A stretch of 64,000 nt of DNA from the human T2T-CHM13v2.0 reference genome, Homo sapiens. The position numbers and the translations under genes were made by a program. The stretch is taken from the NCBI RefSeq assembly GCF_009914755.1, contig NC_060933.1; one strand, 5' to 3'. Within the stretch, counting starts at the first letter, position 1, and every line of letters begins with the position of its first letter. Positions 1-14,025 of the stretch are shown in pieces. A model generated the notes under the pieces. The model was not told the origin of the DNA. It saw only the letters and a list, made by a program, of their open reading frames with translations, and did no database searches.

Positions 1-920
1 TGATTCATGGTGGAAATGTCTCCTTTGTTAGATAAATTCCTGCAAACCAATGCCTGGAATGCCCTCTCTGCCTACTCGAATTCTATTAGCTCTTTAACAT
101 CCATTTGAATTCTTATCTCATCTACAATATCTTCAGCAACTCTGAAGCCTCCATTGTCCTCTCCCTTTTCACTTCAAGGCTGTCTTGCATTGTTATGTAA
201 CTATTTCATGGGCCTAGATCTCATTTTTCTTAATAAAGTTTAAGCTGTAGAAAGGAATTCATATATTTCCTTGATTTCTTTTAAACACTTAACACATTAA
301 GAACATAAAACATACCCAGTAATTACTTAAAGAAAAAAAAGACTAAGTAAAAGGGACAATGAAAGAATAATAGAAATAAAATGAATTTGTTTATCAGCCA
401 GAATTTTGGGTGGGTCCTCCTCATAGCTATGTATAGCAATCTATAATTTCAGTGCTATTTCTACCTACTTCTAATAAAAATATTCCCACAGTAAAGGGGC
501 AAGGGGAAATTCCACCATTTTGCAACATTTTGGTGATTAGAATTGTTGAGATATGGTTTTAGACAGAGTTTCCTTCTTATTCTTGGGCTGGTGATTTTAA
601 GATTCATTTGTGTGTTTTAGGTCACATTCTCCCCAAATCTCATTTTTGCTCAACACAAGAACAGTAAGAGTAAGCTGGGATGCCTTAGTGATATGGCCTG
701 GAACTCTGCAGCCTACATAATACTATCCCTACCTTCAGGTATTAGTGTTGCTAATAACATGCTCAACTGATTCATTAAAACAAAGGACAAAAAAATAAAC
801 AAACATAAAATCATTTTCATAGAGCTTAAAGAGACTATCCAGAGAGACATTTATAAAGTTACCATTATAAAATGCTTCACACTAAAAAAGAATTCTTTAC
901 AATAATTTGGTTGTAAATTG

Positions 921-1526
921 TGTAAAATTCTTTTTCCCTCCATCAATTTTAGATTTATTGGTTGGAGCCTTGTAAGTCAGACTGACAAAAGACAGATTAA
1001 CAAGAGAAAAACAAGCAGAAGTTTATTACCATGTATATCCCTCTTATTCATGGGAGATGAGTAACTGAAAGAGGAGGTTAGAACTTGAGCTCACATAGCA
1101 TCTTAACAAAAGAACAGTACATTTTTAAAGAAGTGACAAGACAAAGGAAAAGGACTTTGAGTTTCTAGGATGGCAAATGATGGGAAAGCAAATATATGGG
1201 GGAACTAATGGAAAATAAGGACTATTTAGTAAAGCTTGTCATGCAGATTCCTCTGGTGCCCTCTCTTGACTGATAAGTCTGGAATAGTCTTCAGTGATTA
1301 ACTTCTGTCCTTCCAGGTAAGAGGGGAATGAAAATAATACCTTTATATATTTATCTCCTGCTTTTAGGCAAAGGGGGAGAGCAGAGAGCTTTTCTTGTAT
1401 CTGCTGCTTCTTGATTGCTTTCATCTTGAAATAATCTTTATACCATATTTTTGGCACATTTTGGCATAATATGGCACATAATCCTGACATGGCATATTTT
1501 GGGGTGCCATATTCTGCTACCCTCCA
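921..1526 (-). mobile_element. ERV1 (MER4-group) solo LTR, MER34/MER39-like
   Basis: Reverse complement begins tggagggtagcagaatatggcaccccaaaatatgcca, typical of this group; subfamily from recall. Confidence 0.7.
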
Positions 1527-2600
1527 AATTGTCTCTACCCTTCTATTATCTTAGCAGATAATAGTACAACCTCCCAAATTTTGGTTTCCTTCTGTGAGGA
1601 AAACACAGTTTGTGCTGTGACCAGTATTGTAGCTCCTGGGGAAACCTGTGTGGTCTCCTCTCTCTTCTCCCTGCTACTGTAATACTAACAAAAAGAATGT
1701 TTAAACCATAAATTGAATCTTAAAGCAATCAAGTACAAATCAGAGTTAGGAAAAGTTTTAATCAGCAGGTAGAAAAAGGATCTAGTGTGCTTTTATTTTT
1801 AAATTTTTCATTAATCCACTAAAGCCCAGCTTGTTATTTTTACCTTGTTTCATCTAAAATTACCCTAAGATGCTGGCATGACCTCTAGGGTGTGACTAAA
1901 ATGTGTTTGAGTCTTTATTTGACATTTAAGCCAGCCATGAAAATTAGCATTGGTTTAGAGCTCCAGGGAGCAAAGAAGTCATCCTGAGTCTGAAGAATTT
2001 CTGTGGCTGTAACTTGGAATTTCATACAAATTTGACCTGTCCAAGACTTGCTTTAATTATTCACTAACACCAGCATCTGGCTTTAACACATCTTCATGAG
2101 TATCATCAGAACTAGAGAAAAAAAATTCCCTTAAGAAATTTTTGTACATAGGTCACTCTCATGTTTGTTGCTAATAAAAATTTTAGAGGTCTTAGTAATC
2201 TAAAAAATATATATTTTACCTGTAAAGTGGTACTATCCAAAAGGAACTATACCAAAATACGTCAGACATAAAAGTTAAGAGGTTATGAAAATGTACATGC
2301 AATTCTCTTTTTGCTTGTTCTTAGTTTATTTACTGCTTGTTTTCAGATAGTCAGGTAGTTACTCTTTAGAGATGTAAAATAAAGTATGGACATGAAAAGT
2401 AGTTATTTACCAAAGGCAATTATCAAGTATCAAAACATGCAGAGTACTTACTGCCAGTTCAGGGAGACAACAAAACAATTATATATAATATAGTAGCTTT
2501 TTAGCCCAATCTTCCAATAATTGCTAGGCCAACATGCTAAATTTAAGAGTTCTTTACCTCTTAAATTTAGTAGTCTCAGTAAATAAAATTTGTTTAGTTC

Positions 2601-3379
2601 TGCAGGGGCAGAAAGATGTGATACTTTGTCCCTATCATAAGGTCAAGGACAACACTTCTCTAATGAAAGAGGGTTCACAAGAGAAAAACATAACACATTT
2701 CTTTAACCAAAGTTTTATATGACATGGAAGCCTTCAGAATGAAGATTTGAAGACCCAAGGAAAAACTGTCCATTTTTATGCTTAGATTCAATAAAGTGTG
2801 AACAGCCATGTAGAAGTGTTATTAGACAAACAGGGAATTATCTAATAGTAATGAACTGAGTGGGGAAACCCAGCAATACCTGTCCAGATTCTTCTTGGCC
2901 TCACTGTTGTAACATCTCTTCACCCTCCTGGCTTATTTGGTATAGTTCCTTTTAGACAGTACTACTTCATAGATAAAATATATATATTTTGATTACAAAG
3001 ACTACAATTTTTGTCAGCAACAAACATGAGAGTGTTTCTTCCTCCCTTGACCTACTGTTGACCAAGACTAGGTCATAGAATTTCTTTATGGCCACCTTCT
3101 AGACAGAAAGGTAGAGAAGGTTAGAGTAATAATTCTTGTTTTTATGGCCGGCTTTGGGGAAAAGGGGGTTTTAGTTTCTACGGCCTGCCCTGGGGAAGGG
3201 GAATTCTGAATTCTATGGCTGGTTTTGGGGAAGAACAAGGGGTGAGAGGTAGGAGAGCAGGAGAAGGTCAGAGAGACCTTGGCTCTGATGCTGCTACTGA
3301 GGCCTTCCAGTGTCCTTTAGTTCAAGGTGCTCGGCATGCCAAAGCAGCACATTCAGGATATCATTTTCTGAGCCCAACA
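2601..3379 (-). mobile_element. ERV1 solo LTR, MER31/MER67-like, interrupted at about 2934-3034
   Basis: Reverse complement begins tgttgggctcagaaaatgata…tttggcatgccgagcaccttgaactaaagg; TG…CA ends. Confidence 0.7.
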
Positions 3380-3479
3380 GTTCCATATTCTGCCCCCAAC
3401 TTGTTGCACATTGGAATTGTTCATGGACTTACAAAAATATTGATGCCATATCCCAGCCCTAGAGATTGTGACTTAATTT

Positions 3480-3944
3480 AGCTGTCCCCAACCTTTCTGA
3501 TACCAGGGACCAGTGTCATGGATGACAATTTTTCCATATACTGGGGCTGGGTGAGGAGATGGTTTCAGGATGATTCAAGTGCATTACATTTATTCTGCAC
3601 ATTGTAATATATAATGAAATAATTATACAACTCACCATAATGTGGAATCAGTGGGAGCCCTGAGCTTGTTTTCCTGCAACTATACGATCCCATCTGGGGG
3701 TGATGGGACACAGTGACAGATCATCAGGAATTAGATTCTCATAAGGAGTTCACAACCTAGATCTCTCGCATGTGCAGTTCACAATAGGGTTTGCACCCCT
3801 ATGAAAATCTAATGTGACTGCTGATCTGACAGCAGGAGGAGCTCAGGTGGTAATATGAGTTAGCAATGGGTAGTGGCTGTAAATACAGATGAAGCTTCAC
3901 TCACTCGCCCACCACTTGCCTGCTGTGTGGCCTGGTTCCTGACA
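3480..3944 (+). mobile_element. MER1A (hAT-Charlie non-autonomous DNA transposon), 3' end lost
   Basis: gtccccaacctttctgataccagggacc start; internal gacagatcatcagg…ttagattctcataaggag…gtaaatacagatgaagcttc as in MER1A. Confidence 0.85.
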
Positions 3945-4074
3945 ATCATCTGGTCTTCTCACTGGTATTCATTTGTTCAATTAGCATTTGTTGAAATTCA
4001 CATCTATGCCAGGTGCTAAACCCATATCTGTGCCAGTGGCCACGACCTGACAGTCATCTGGTCTTCTCACTGAT

Positions 4075-4420
4075 GTCCATTCATTCAATTAGCATATGTT
4101 GAAATTCACATCTATGCCAGGTGCTATATTAAGTACTGGGAAATTAGTACAAAAAATATAGACCTTGGAGATTCCAGTGCAATGGTAAAAATGGACTAGA
4201 AAGCAACACACTGGGATAACTACTGCAGAAAGGTCAGAGGTTAAGTCACACTACCTAGGGGGTGGAGGAGATTGTTGGAAAGAAAGAAAGGATCAGGAAA
4301 GGTTTTGTGGAGAAGCTGTAGTGTTGGCCTAACTCTAGAACTGAAGATAAAGAAAAGGAAGAAAATAGGTGTAGGAGAAGAGAAAGGGTATCTTAGAGAA
4401 ATGAAACAGCATATGTAAAA
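4075..4420 (-). mobile_element. L2 LINE 3' fragment
   Basis: cattcattcaa…atgttga…ctatgccaggtgct signature of an antisense L2 3' end; right boundary approximate. Confidence 0.55.
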
Positions 4421-5167
4421 GCCTGGATGCATTAGAAATCAACTTGCAGCCAGCCTCTCATCTTATGTTTTCTCTAACTTATCTTGTATATCATTGTTGA
4501 AACATTTTTCTCACAGCACTGTATTACACCCATCAATTTCCTGCTCAAAAATACTCTGGATCCTTACTAATAACAGAATGAATTCTGCACTGCAGACGTG
4601 ACATTAGGGCATGCCAGATCCTCCTCTAAAGCATTTAAACTGTCCTCTTCATTGTCTATCTGAAGACCCCAGGTATGTTTTCATCTCTTCATTTTTGCTT
4701 ATATCATTCCCCTGCACCAGAATGTCCCTCCTACTCCTTTGACCATGTAACTGAATCCTCCCTTTGTTCAGGGTTCCTTGATACCACTCCATCTCTCATC
4801 TCAATCTTTTAGCATTTATGTTTACTTTTACTATTCTTGTTTGTTGGTAATTAGATGGTGCCCTAAATATTTATCTATATCTTTACTTTTTAATGAAATT
4901 GTAAATTCCTTACAGAAAAGCATAGGACCACATTCCTTTATCTCTCTTTCTGCATATGGTACAATGCCTTAAAATAAACAAAATTTATTTTTATTACTGA
5001 TAACAAAACTGAATGACAATAATATAATGAGTTTGGAAAATGGAGAAACCAAGCATTTGCATAATTGCCTAGTCTTTGATCATTGATGCACACTACTTTT
5101 ACATAATTATAATGAGAGTATACAAATTGTTCTGTATTCTGAAATTTTACTTGACATTGTATCATCA

Positions 5168-5497
<330 letters not shown>

Positions 5498-5659
5498 GAT
5501 AAATATCTTTGGATAATAACTAAAAGCATCATTTACCTGGTGTGCCAGGTACTGCTTTGCTTACACTGTTTCAACTTTTGTATGTATGTCCTTATTCCAA
5601 TTCCATGAGGTAACACTGGTGTTATCCTGGGGAAACTGGGAGCACTGAGCTCAAAAAGA

Positions 5660-5965
5660 GTAGAGCTGTGCTACTTACTAGGTGACCTTGGATACTTATT
5701 TTACTTAGCGAATCCTCAGTTTCCTTATCTCTGAGATGGGGATAATAATGGTTCCCACCTTTCAAGATTTTGAGGGGATGAAGTGAGATGATGGACACGA
5801 ATAGTGCCTGGCAGATGGCCAACACTCAGTGTGCTTTAGCTCTTGCTGCCGTCACTGTTGCTGGTCCCATTTTACAAGTCAGGAAACTGGATCAAAGGCA
5901 TTTAATAACTCTCCCCAAATCACACACCTGGTGTGTGACAGAGCCAGGATTCAAACCCCTGTCCC
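5660..5965. mobile_element. Two MIR fragments in opposite orientation (+ about 5660-5830, - about 5860-5965)
   Basis: MIR core cctcagtttccttatct…tggggataataatgg and its reverse cccattttaca…ggaaactg…ccaggattcaaaccc. Confidence 0.7.
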
Positions 5966-6471
5966 AATTATGACATGAGATAGGGATCACAGAATTTAAT
6001 ACGATGTTGTCCAAGTGTAACATTTTACAATTTAGTGCTACAGAGAACATGTGCAGAGTTTTGAGAGAAAACACAGTTGGATATCTACAGATTATCTTCT
6101 GCTTGGAGAGAAAGAGAAATTGAGAGAGATAGAGAGAGAGAGATTCCCAGGGGCCCGAGCTCTCTACAGCAGCACAGCATGGCTGGGTCAGGGCTCAGGA
6201 TAGAATTCCTGACTGCCTCCTCCCAGGCGGTGTCATAACTGGGGCTTCTGAAGCCCAACACCTGGGCCCTCTCCTTGGGTCTCAAATGGAGGGTTGAATC
6301 CTCTCATGCTCACTTACTAACAAGAACAATTCCCACTTTCAATGGGGTAACAGTCTGAGGGGAAATGGGCTAGGGTTTTGCCTGGAAGTACCTAGTTATT
6401 TCTTAACTTTGTAGTTTGGAGATTCAGCATAAAAACTGAAGTCAGCCCTGTTAGTAGTATTGCTGCTTATA

Positions 6472-7191
6472 CAGCCGTCCACCCTTATCAGAGGGGAATA
6501 CCTTCCAAGGCTCCCCGTGGATTCCTAAAACCAAGGATACTACTGAACCTGATTGCTGTCAATCAGAACATATTCCTGTTTATGTCTTCCACCACACATT
6601 TAATGCCTTTTCTATCTTAACTAACCACTTATCACACACTGTGGCCATAACTTTTGCAGTTTGAAGTACAACAGAAAAACTAGCAAGAATTTCTTTTCCC
6701 TTCTTCACAATTTCAGGAAGAGAAGACGTCTTACCATAGATCTTAGCAACCTCAGCATACTTTTTTTTTTCTGCCCTCATTAGGTTGAGAACTTTCCCTT
6801 ATTCACTTAAAGGAGGCACTTTGTGGCTTCTCTTTGGCATATCCAAATTGCCAGCATCACTAAACTTATGCTTTGGGGGCATTATTAAGTAGAATAAGGG
6901 TTACTGGAACATAAGCATTGTGATACTGTGACAGTCAATCTGAGAACCCAGAGGGCTACTAACAGGAGGAGAGTGCAGACTGTGTGGATTTGCTGAACAA
7001 AGGGAAGATTCACTTCCCAGGCTGGACAGCACAGGATGGCATGAGATTTCATCATGCTACTCAGGACAGCACACAATTTAAAACTTATGAATTGTTTATT
7101 TCTGGAATTTTCCATTAAATATTTTTGGACTGCAGTTGACTACTTGTAACAAACTGTGGAAGGCAAAACTGCAGATAAGGGGGAACTACTG
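6472..7191 (-). mobile_element. MER44-type (Tigger7-derived, TcMar) DNA transposon, 720 bp
   Basis: TA…TA target duplication; TIRs cagccgtccacccttatc / gataagggggaactactg; residual transposase N-terminus (KKKYAEVAKIYGK) in ORF 6580..6780. Confidence 0.88.
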
Positions 7192-10100
7192 TAATAGTTA
7201 CTGCTTATACTGCTCTTGCTATTTGCCATGGACTAAGCTAAACACATTACATACATTATTTTCTATAATGGATGTGACAATCCTACAGAGTAGCTACTAT
7301 TATCTCCATTTTACAGATGAAGCAACTGGGCATCTTAACCATTCCAGCTACTGCCATCAGCATTTGCCTTAGGAAAAAAATGTGTTTTGAATAATCACTT
7401 CCAGTATTTGGGATGATTTTCAATAATTCTACCAGCCTAACTATGAAGTTATATTATCTAGGAGGCCTCTAGTTCTTATTTTTAATCTTTGTACCTTCGA
7501 GTAGCTTCTTACCTCTGTAACTCACTCCCACAGTAATATTTCATGAGAAGCCAGATTCTCTGGACTATTGGTTAAATTCTTTTAGATGGCAGTGTTTGTT
7601 ATGAAAAGACTTTTCATTCTTCTGGTCCCTTCACTGGAAACAGCTAGAAAGTACAAGTTTTGATTACAGTTGCCTAAACACCAGTTTTGAAATGTCTTTC
7701 ATTTGCTTGAGCAATAAATTTGTTGCTCAATCATACTATCAAATTGAAAACAAGAGGAAAGGAAAGTCAACCTAACCTAACCCAAAAGGGGAACATGTTT
7801 CCTGGGATGAGAATGTGTCAAAGGCAGCATAGCATGACCTAACACTTCTGTGTAATCGTGGTTGTATCATGTGTTATGGGTAAATTATCTATTCTGTAAG
7901 TTAGTCCAGTGTGTGCTTCTTCAACTAACTGTGAAAGCATTCTTGAAAGACCATGAAACCTTATTATTCTAATTACCAACACAACGGATTGATAAATGAA
8001 TGATGAGGCCAGGTATTATTGTCATTAAATAGACCTCGCTCAATTATTTATCAATGAGTCTGGGGTTACAGCTCAGAGAGCTGTGCATATTGTAGCACGG
8101 TTTGCTTCAGCTCTGAGACCTGAAGACCAGATTACAGTCTTGGCAGGTGGCTTTTGTTGAATGCAATTCAAGGGGGTGGTACACATTTGTTTCAGTCAGA
8201 CATTTGGATGGTTTGAGGCCAACAGATATTCAAAGTTTATCCACAAAAGCCTATTTCATTTTAACCATGTAGAAAAATCTCTTTAATTTATTCAGATAAA
8301 TACAAATGAGTAGGAGAATGGATTAGCTGTAGAAAATCATACATGTAAAGATGTTTTCTTGCATCTTAGTGTTCTAAAGACTGTTCTTTATTTTCTTAGA
8401 TTCTGCTATCTGTCATGGACACTTCACTGTTCTGTATTGATCAATGTTTATCTTCATATGAGATTTGTTTTTGTATCTTCTTTCTAATTGTACAATGAAA
8501 TATGTTTTCTGGTTAAGAAATACGTTATCAAGGAGGATAGAATTGGGTGATACTAGTTTTTTTCCATCCTGAAATCATGCCAGCTCATTGCAAAGGTCAG
8601 CCCTCAAAATAGTATTAAGGCATGCCCTCTCCTTGAGTCTCTGATACCTTGCAGCCCAATGTCCCTTCTTGAAGGCCTGTCACCTGCAAGAGTACTTTCT
8701 TACATCCTATGAGCATCAGATATGGGGGAATGAAGAATCTCTTCTTGCTAAACAAATATTCTTGGTCCACCTTCTGCCCCCTGGCTTTATTTTAAACCCA
8801 TCCCCAACATATCTGATGAGTTGAGTCTAGTAATTCTGTCTTCAGTGGGCTATGGGGAGCAGGGATTAGCTAAAATGGCTGTTCAGGGACCTCTTTGGTA
8901 TAAAACTTGGTGGGGGTGCTGGCAGGGATCTCTCAGAGAATGAAGGAGGGGATAGAGCATTAGAGAAGAAAAGAAATTCATACCTGAGATTATGTAATAG
9001 ATAATAGAGTCTGGACTTTGTTTAAAAACCAGAATCTAAGATATATATGTTGAGGCTAGGGCGGGGTAGTAATTGAAAGAGAAATATGAAACTATACCTA
9101 GCGTCAAGGAAAACTAACAGTAATTGAAGAGACAAAAATAAAACTTGTTTATATTGTTCAAAGGAAAATGATATTTATAACATCTGACAAAAACTTTATT
9201 AATGCCATGTAGACAGGGTTTTATATTATTAACTGAGTTTATAATTAATTTTGTACTGATTTTAATTTGACTGTTACCTTGGCTTCCTTCTCTGTTTCTT
9301 AAGTTTTGCTAGTTTAATGTTCACGAGCTCACAAAATTAAAAATCTTGGTAGAAATATGGAGTAGCTATTTCTTTACATCCTTTTTAGAACAAAGTTGTG
9401 CTTTCGAATTGACCACTTATCTAGAAAGTGATATAAATCTAATAAGCAAAACTGGATGTCTTTTAAATTATCTGTTAAATAACTAGAGCAGTGGAGATGT
9501 CCTGAAAGTGAGCACTTTATTACATATGAAAAACAAATTTTAATTTTACTACTAAGAAGAATTTCCATTTCTCTATTTATATGTGTTCATTATTCTAGAG
9601 ATTAATATGATAACTCCTATGTATACTTAGTTTTGTGAATTTCAAAATTCTTGATGCCAAATAACTGAAGTATAGTAAATTCTGCCGTAACATGATGTAT
9701 GGGTTCCTAAAAATCCCGACACTATGCAAAATTGGGCAATAAAAACACATTTTACTAAAAAAATGGGGATAGGCACACAATACCTAGAAATATCACTAGT
9801 GGCACATTACAAAAAATATGGGAATTTAGTAACAATGACAGCAATATTTTACACATGTTAATGGTTAAGAAATTTACAATAAATATGGCAGTTTACTTTG
9901 AAAAAGACCTAACGTTCCCTGTGGAAGTTGGCCTTCAAAAGGGTGCAGCTTGTGAGTTTTTGAGAAGTGTTGGGAGGAGAGTCGTTGTTGTCCCAGTTGT
10001 GAGCAGGTGGGGCTTTTCTACCTGTGTGGGGAAGTGTGGTAGCTGATGGATATGGTATGTGGATTTTGTGTATTCCTACGCTGCTTGGTTTAGCTGGGTG

Positions 10101-11333
10101 CAGTTTTCTGCATTTACCTGGCGTTTCTTGTGGATAGAATCACATATAAGCAAATCCCAGACTTGTGTTGTGATCAAATTGTTCCGTAATATATCAATCA
10201 TGTTAGAACAAGGTCACGGTTTCAAAACCGGCATTGCCGTAGAATTGACTGTGTAATAATCCCTTCAACACGTTCACATCTATGATCCCACCTTGTTCTT
10301 GCCACCATCTTAGCAAGCAGGGGTGCGATTGCCTGACCATTTGTTTGTTTTCTGGGAAATCTTGACCTATTAAAAGCCACACAGTTACTGAGGAAACCTG
10401 TGTCAGACCTTGCCTAGGTCTGTGTGAGTCTGAGTCAGGTTTGCTTTCCTCTGAAAAATCAGACACTCATGTATGTGGGACAAAGAGCATCAGAAACATG
10501 GGCAAGGTCATAGAGACAGATCCCAGAGACTGGATTAGAACCCAACTTGCTTGATTTTCTGCTTAGAGGCTTCAGTTCACCATTTTAGAAAGTGCCTGCT
10601 GGCTGCCACCCTCCCTCCTGTCTTATCACCTCTAAAAGACATTGTTAATGCTTAGACAGGATGTGTTTTCTTCATTGCATGGATCTAAAAACCCAGCCAT
10701 GAGAACTTAGTTTTTAATTTTTGCCATTGCTTTATTGGATATTTTAGAATGTGCAAAAGGTTTTAGAAATTGTTTTTCAACTAATTTTACCAGCACAGAG
10801 GTCATGTCAAATGTCAGGGTGTTTGACAACAAGGCCAATCTAGTCTATCAATTGAGTTTCAGAGAAGATTAATGATAAAGGGTGCAATCCCAAAGTCTGG
10901 GAATGACTTTGCTTTCAAGCATTAATTATTGTGGAAAATAAAATTATTAGATACTCCCTTGTCTACATCTACCCCAAACTATGTCAATCAGCTCTATTTC
11001 TAGAAGGTTTACATTTATTAAACACTCCCTGTGGTCAATGCAATGGTCAATGCTATGGAAGTTACAACAAGACAAGATATTGTGTCCGCTATCAGGAAAC
11101 TGATTTGGGAGTTCTGTTTGATGACCGAAGAGAGTCTTTACCACTGTGCCTATATTTTTATGCCAGAATATGGGTGGGTGCACATGTACAGGTGAGTAAT
11201 GAGGCCCCACTCCCTAGTATTAGTTAAGTTAGCAGGTGTGTGCTGTTTTTTTGGTCACTGTGTATTGCAAAATTCTGAGTTTGGCACTGATACTAAGGAA
11301 CATCTTACAGAAAAAATTCCCCACTGACCCTTC

Positions 11334-11632
<299 letters not shown>

Positions 11633-11943
11633 AGACCCTTCATTTTTAAAAGTTGACTTTATATGTTAATAGGAGTTTAATTATAGTCATATGTTGAAGG
11701 GTCTTTTCTGTAAAACCACATATTCCAGGAGCCATCCAACTGAGGACAGCATTGCACTTGTGGAACCACAATCCAGGCTTGGGTTATCTGTTTCTATCAT
11801 GACAGAGGCTACTCCATCACTTAAACTATATGTTCTGCAGCCCCCGAGAGCTGAAGACAAGCCTGGATTGCCTCTATTTGTAATTTTCTTTTTTGTAAAT
11901 TTTTTTTTGGTAAATTGTTTTTCAAACAAACAACAAAAATGAC

Positions 11944-12303
11944 TGTCCCAGTCAGTTCAAGCTGATAGAACAAATGGCCATAGACCGGGTGGCTTAAACA
12001 ACAGCCATTTATTTCTCACAGTGCTAGAGGCTGAAAGTCTAAAATCGAAGTGCCAGCATGGTCGGGCTCTGGCAAGGGCCTTCTCCCAGGTTGCAGATGG
12101 CTGGCTCCTTGTGTCTTCATGTAGTGGAAGCAGGGCTAGCTAGCTCTCTGGCCACTACTTACAAGGGCACTAATTCCATTCATGAGGGTTCTACCCCCAT
12201 GGCCAATTACCTCCTAAATACCCCACCTCCAAATACCATCATGTTGGAGATTAGATTTCAACATACAGATTTTGATAGGGACAAAAACATTCAGTCTATA
12301 ACA
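11944..12303 (-). mobile_element. MLT1A-type MaLR solo LTR
   Basis: TG…CA ends, 360 bp, gggtggcttaaacaaca…atttatttctcacagt…acattcagtctataaca; 5-bp TSD atgac/atgat. Confidence 0.88.
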
Positions 12304-12983
12304 ATGATCAAATAAGGTTACAAAAATTATAGTGTATGTAGCATGCTTGCATTATGTTTTGATGAATTAATGTTTTTTATTATGCATACCAAAGAAACTA
12401 ATGCAACTGCTGTAAATGTATAAATATTTGGGAGTAATGTTAAAGTTTACATTTAAAGCCCTTTCTAAATGTGAGGCCGAAAGTATTCCTTTTCTCTCTC
12501 TTTCTCTTCTCAACCCCATTTACTTTACAGAATGATTTTTCTGTTTTAAGTCATAATTGCTTTTTTTTTACAGGATTAAGTACCAGGTCATTAAGTGTGT
12601 TCTATGTCAGTTTGACCTAACCTCTCTGCCCTTTTCTTTTTTCTAAAGGAATTCTTTAAAAAGAAGAAGAGGAAGTATTTTAAAATAAACATTTGACTGC
12701 CAGAATGTGATGTAAACTTCAGGTTCAATTCTACACTTGATAGAAATGAAAAGAACTAGTGTTCTCTATTTTGACATTTAGCATCAATTCCCTTTCAGTG
12801 ATTCCAGCTGATTAGTAAGTGAGACTAAAATATCTTACTCTTCCTGGTCAGCATTTAAAAATTTAAACATGGATTGAAAATTTCTAGGTTATGAAATACA
12901 GTCTAGGTTCACCTGTGAAGGATCTAGAAGAAATAAGACTGCAGACCTGGTAAATTCAAATGTCCACTACTTCTGTATTCTAG

Positions 12984-13166
<183 letters not shown>

Positions 13167-13759
13167 TAAGAAGAACACTGGTTCTTTTCTAAAGGGGTGA
13201 AAAAAATCTTACATTTTGTATATATAAAACACAAATACTCATACAGTATATACACAGTATATCTGTGGTATTGAAATTTACAGGGGAGATTTAAAAAATT
13301 GTTCTTAGAAGAGTTAAAATGAAAAATAAGTCAAGAAATACAGATTTATGGCAAAAGACTTACTTGTGTGACTTTAGCACTTCCAAATATAAAAGATTGC
13401 ATCCTTTTTCATTTTCATTCTCTGGAAGTGAAGGGGTTCTGGTCAAGTTGTTTTTCTCAAAGTATCTGTATAGTTTTTTTCTACCAGGAACATCAACTAT
13501 ACATTGGACAGAAAATAAGAAAACAATAAATGATATACTGATACAAATATAGATTTTGGGGAAAGACAGAAAAGCAACTAACATTTATTTAACACTTACT
13601 ATGTGCCAAGCACTGAATTGAATTCTTTTATAAAGTTATATTTAATTCTTACAGTAAAGTAGGAACATAGATATTATTATCTCCTCTTTACAAATGTTAT
13701 ACCAACTGTAAGCTAAATGTATTCCCATAAAGTTTTGTGAATAAAGTTCATATATCCTA

Positions 13760-14016
13760 ACTTTCATATATATATATACTCACATACAATAGATTAATTT
13801 TGTCTGTTTCTACAGTTTAAATAAATTGAATCATATAGTATCTATGCATTTGTTTCTGGCTTCTTTGATGCAATGTTATGTTCACAAGATATATCCACGT
13901 TGTTGTGGGAGTTATACTTCATTTTTATTCATGTGTTGTAGTCTATTGTATAAAGATGCTGTGACAATGTATTTACCCATTCTATTGTAGATGGACATTT
14001 GGGCTGTTTCTAGTTA
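13760..14016 (-). mobile_element. Old L1M 3' fragment (host of the RPS27A pseudogene insertion)
   Basis: ttgtttctggcttcttt…tatttacccattctattgtagatggacatttgggctgtttc is a typical antisense L1M 3' sequence. Confidence 0.7.
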
Positions 14017-14025
14017 TGAGTAATC

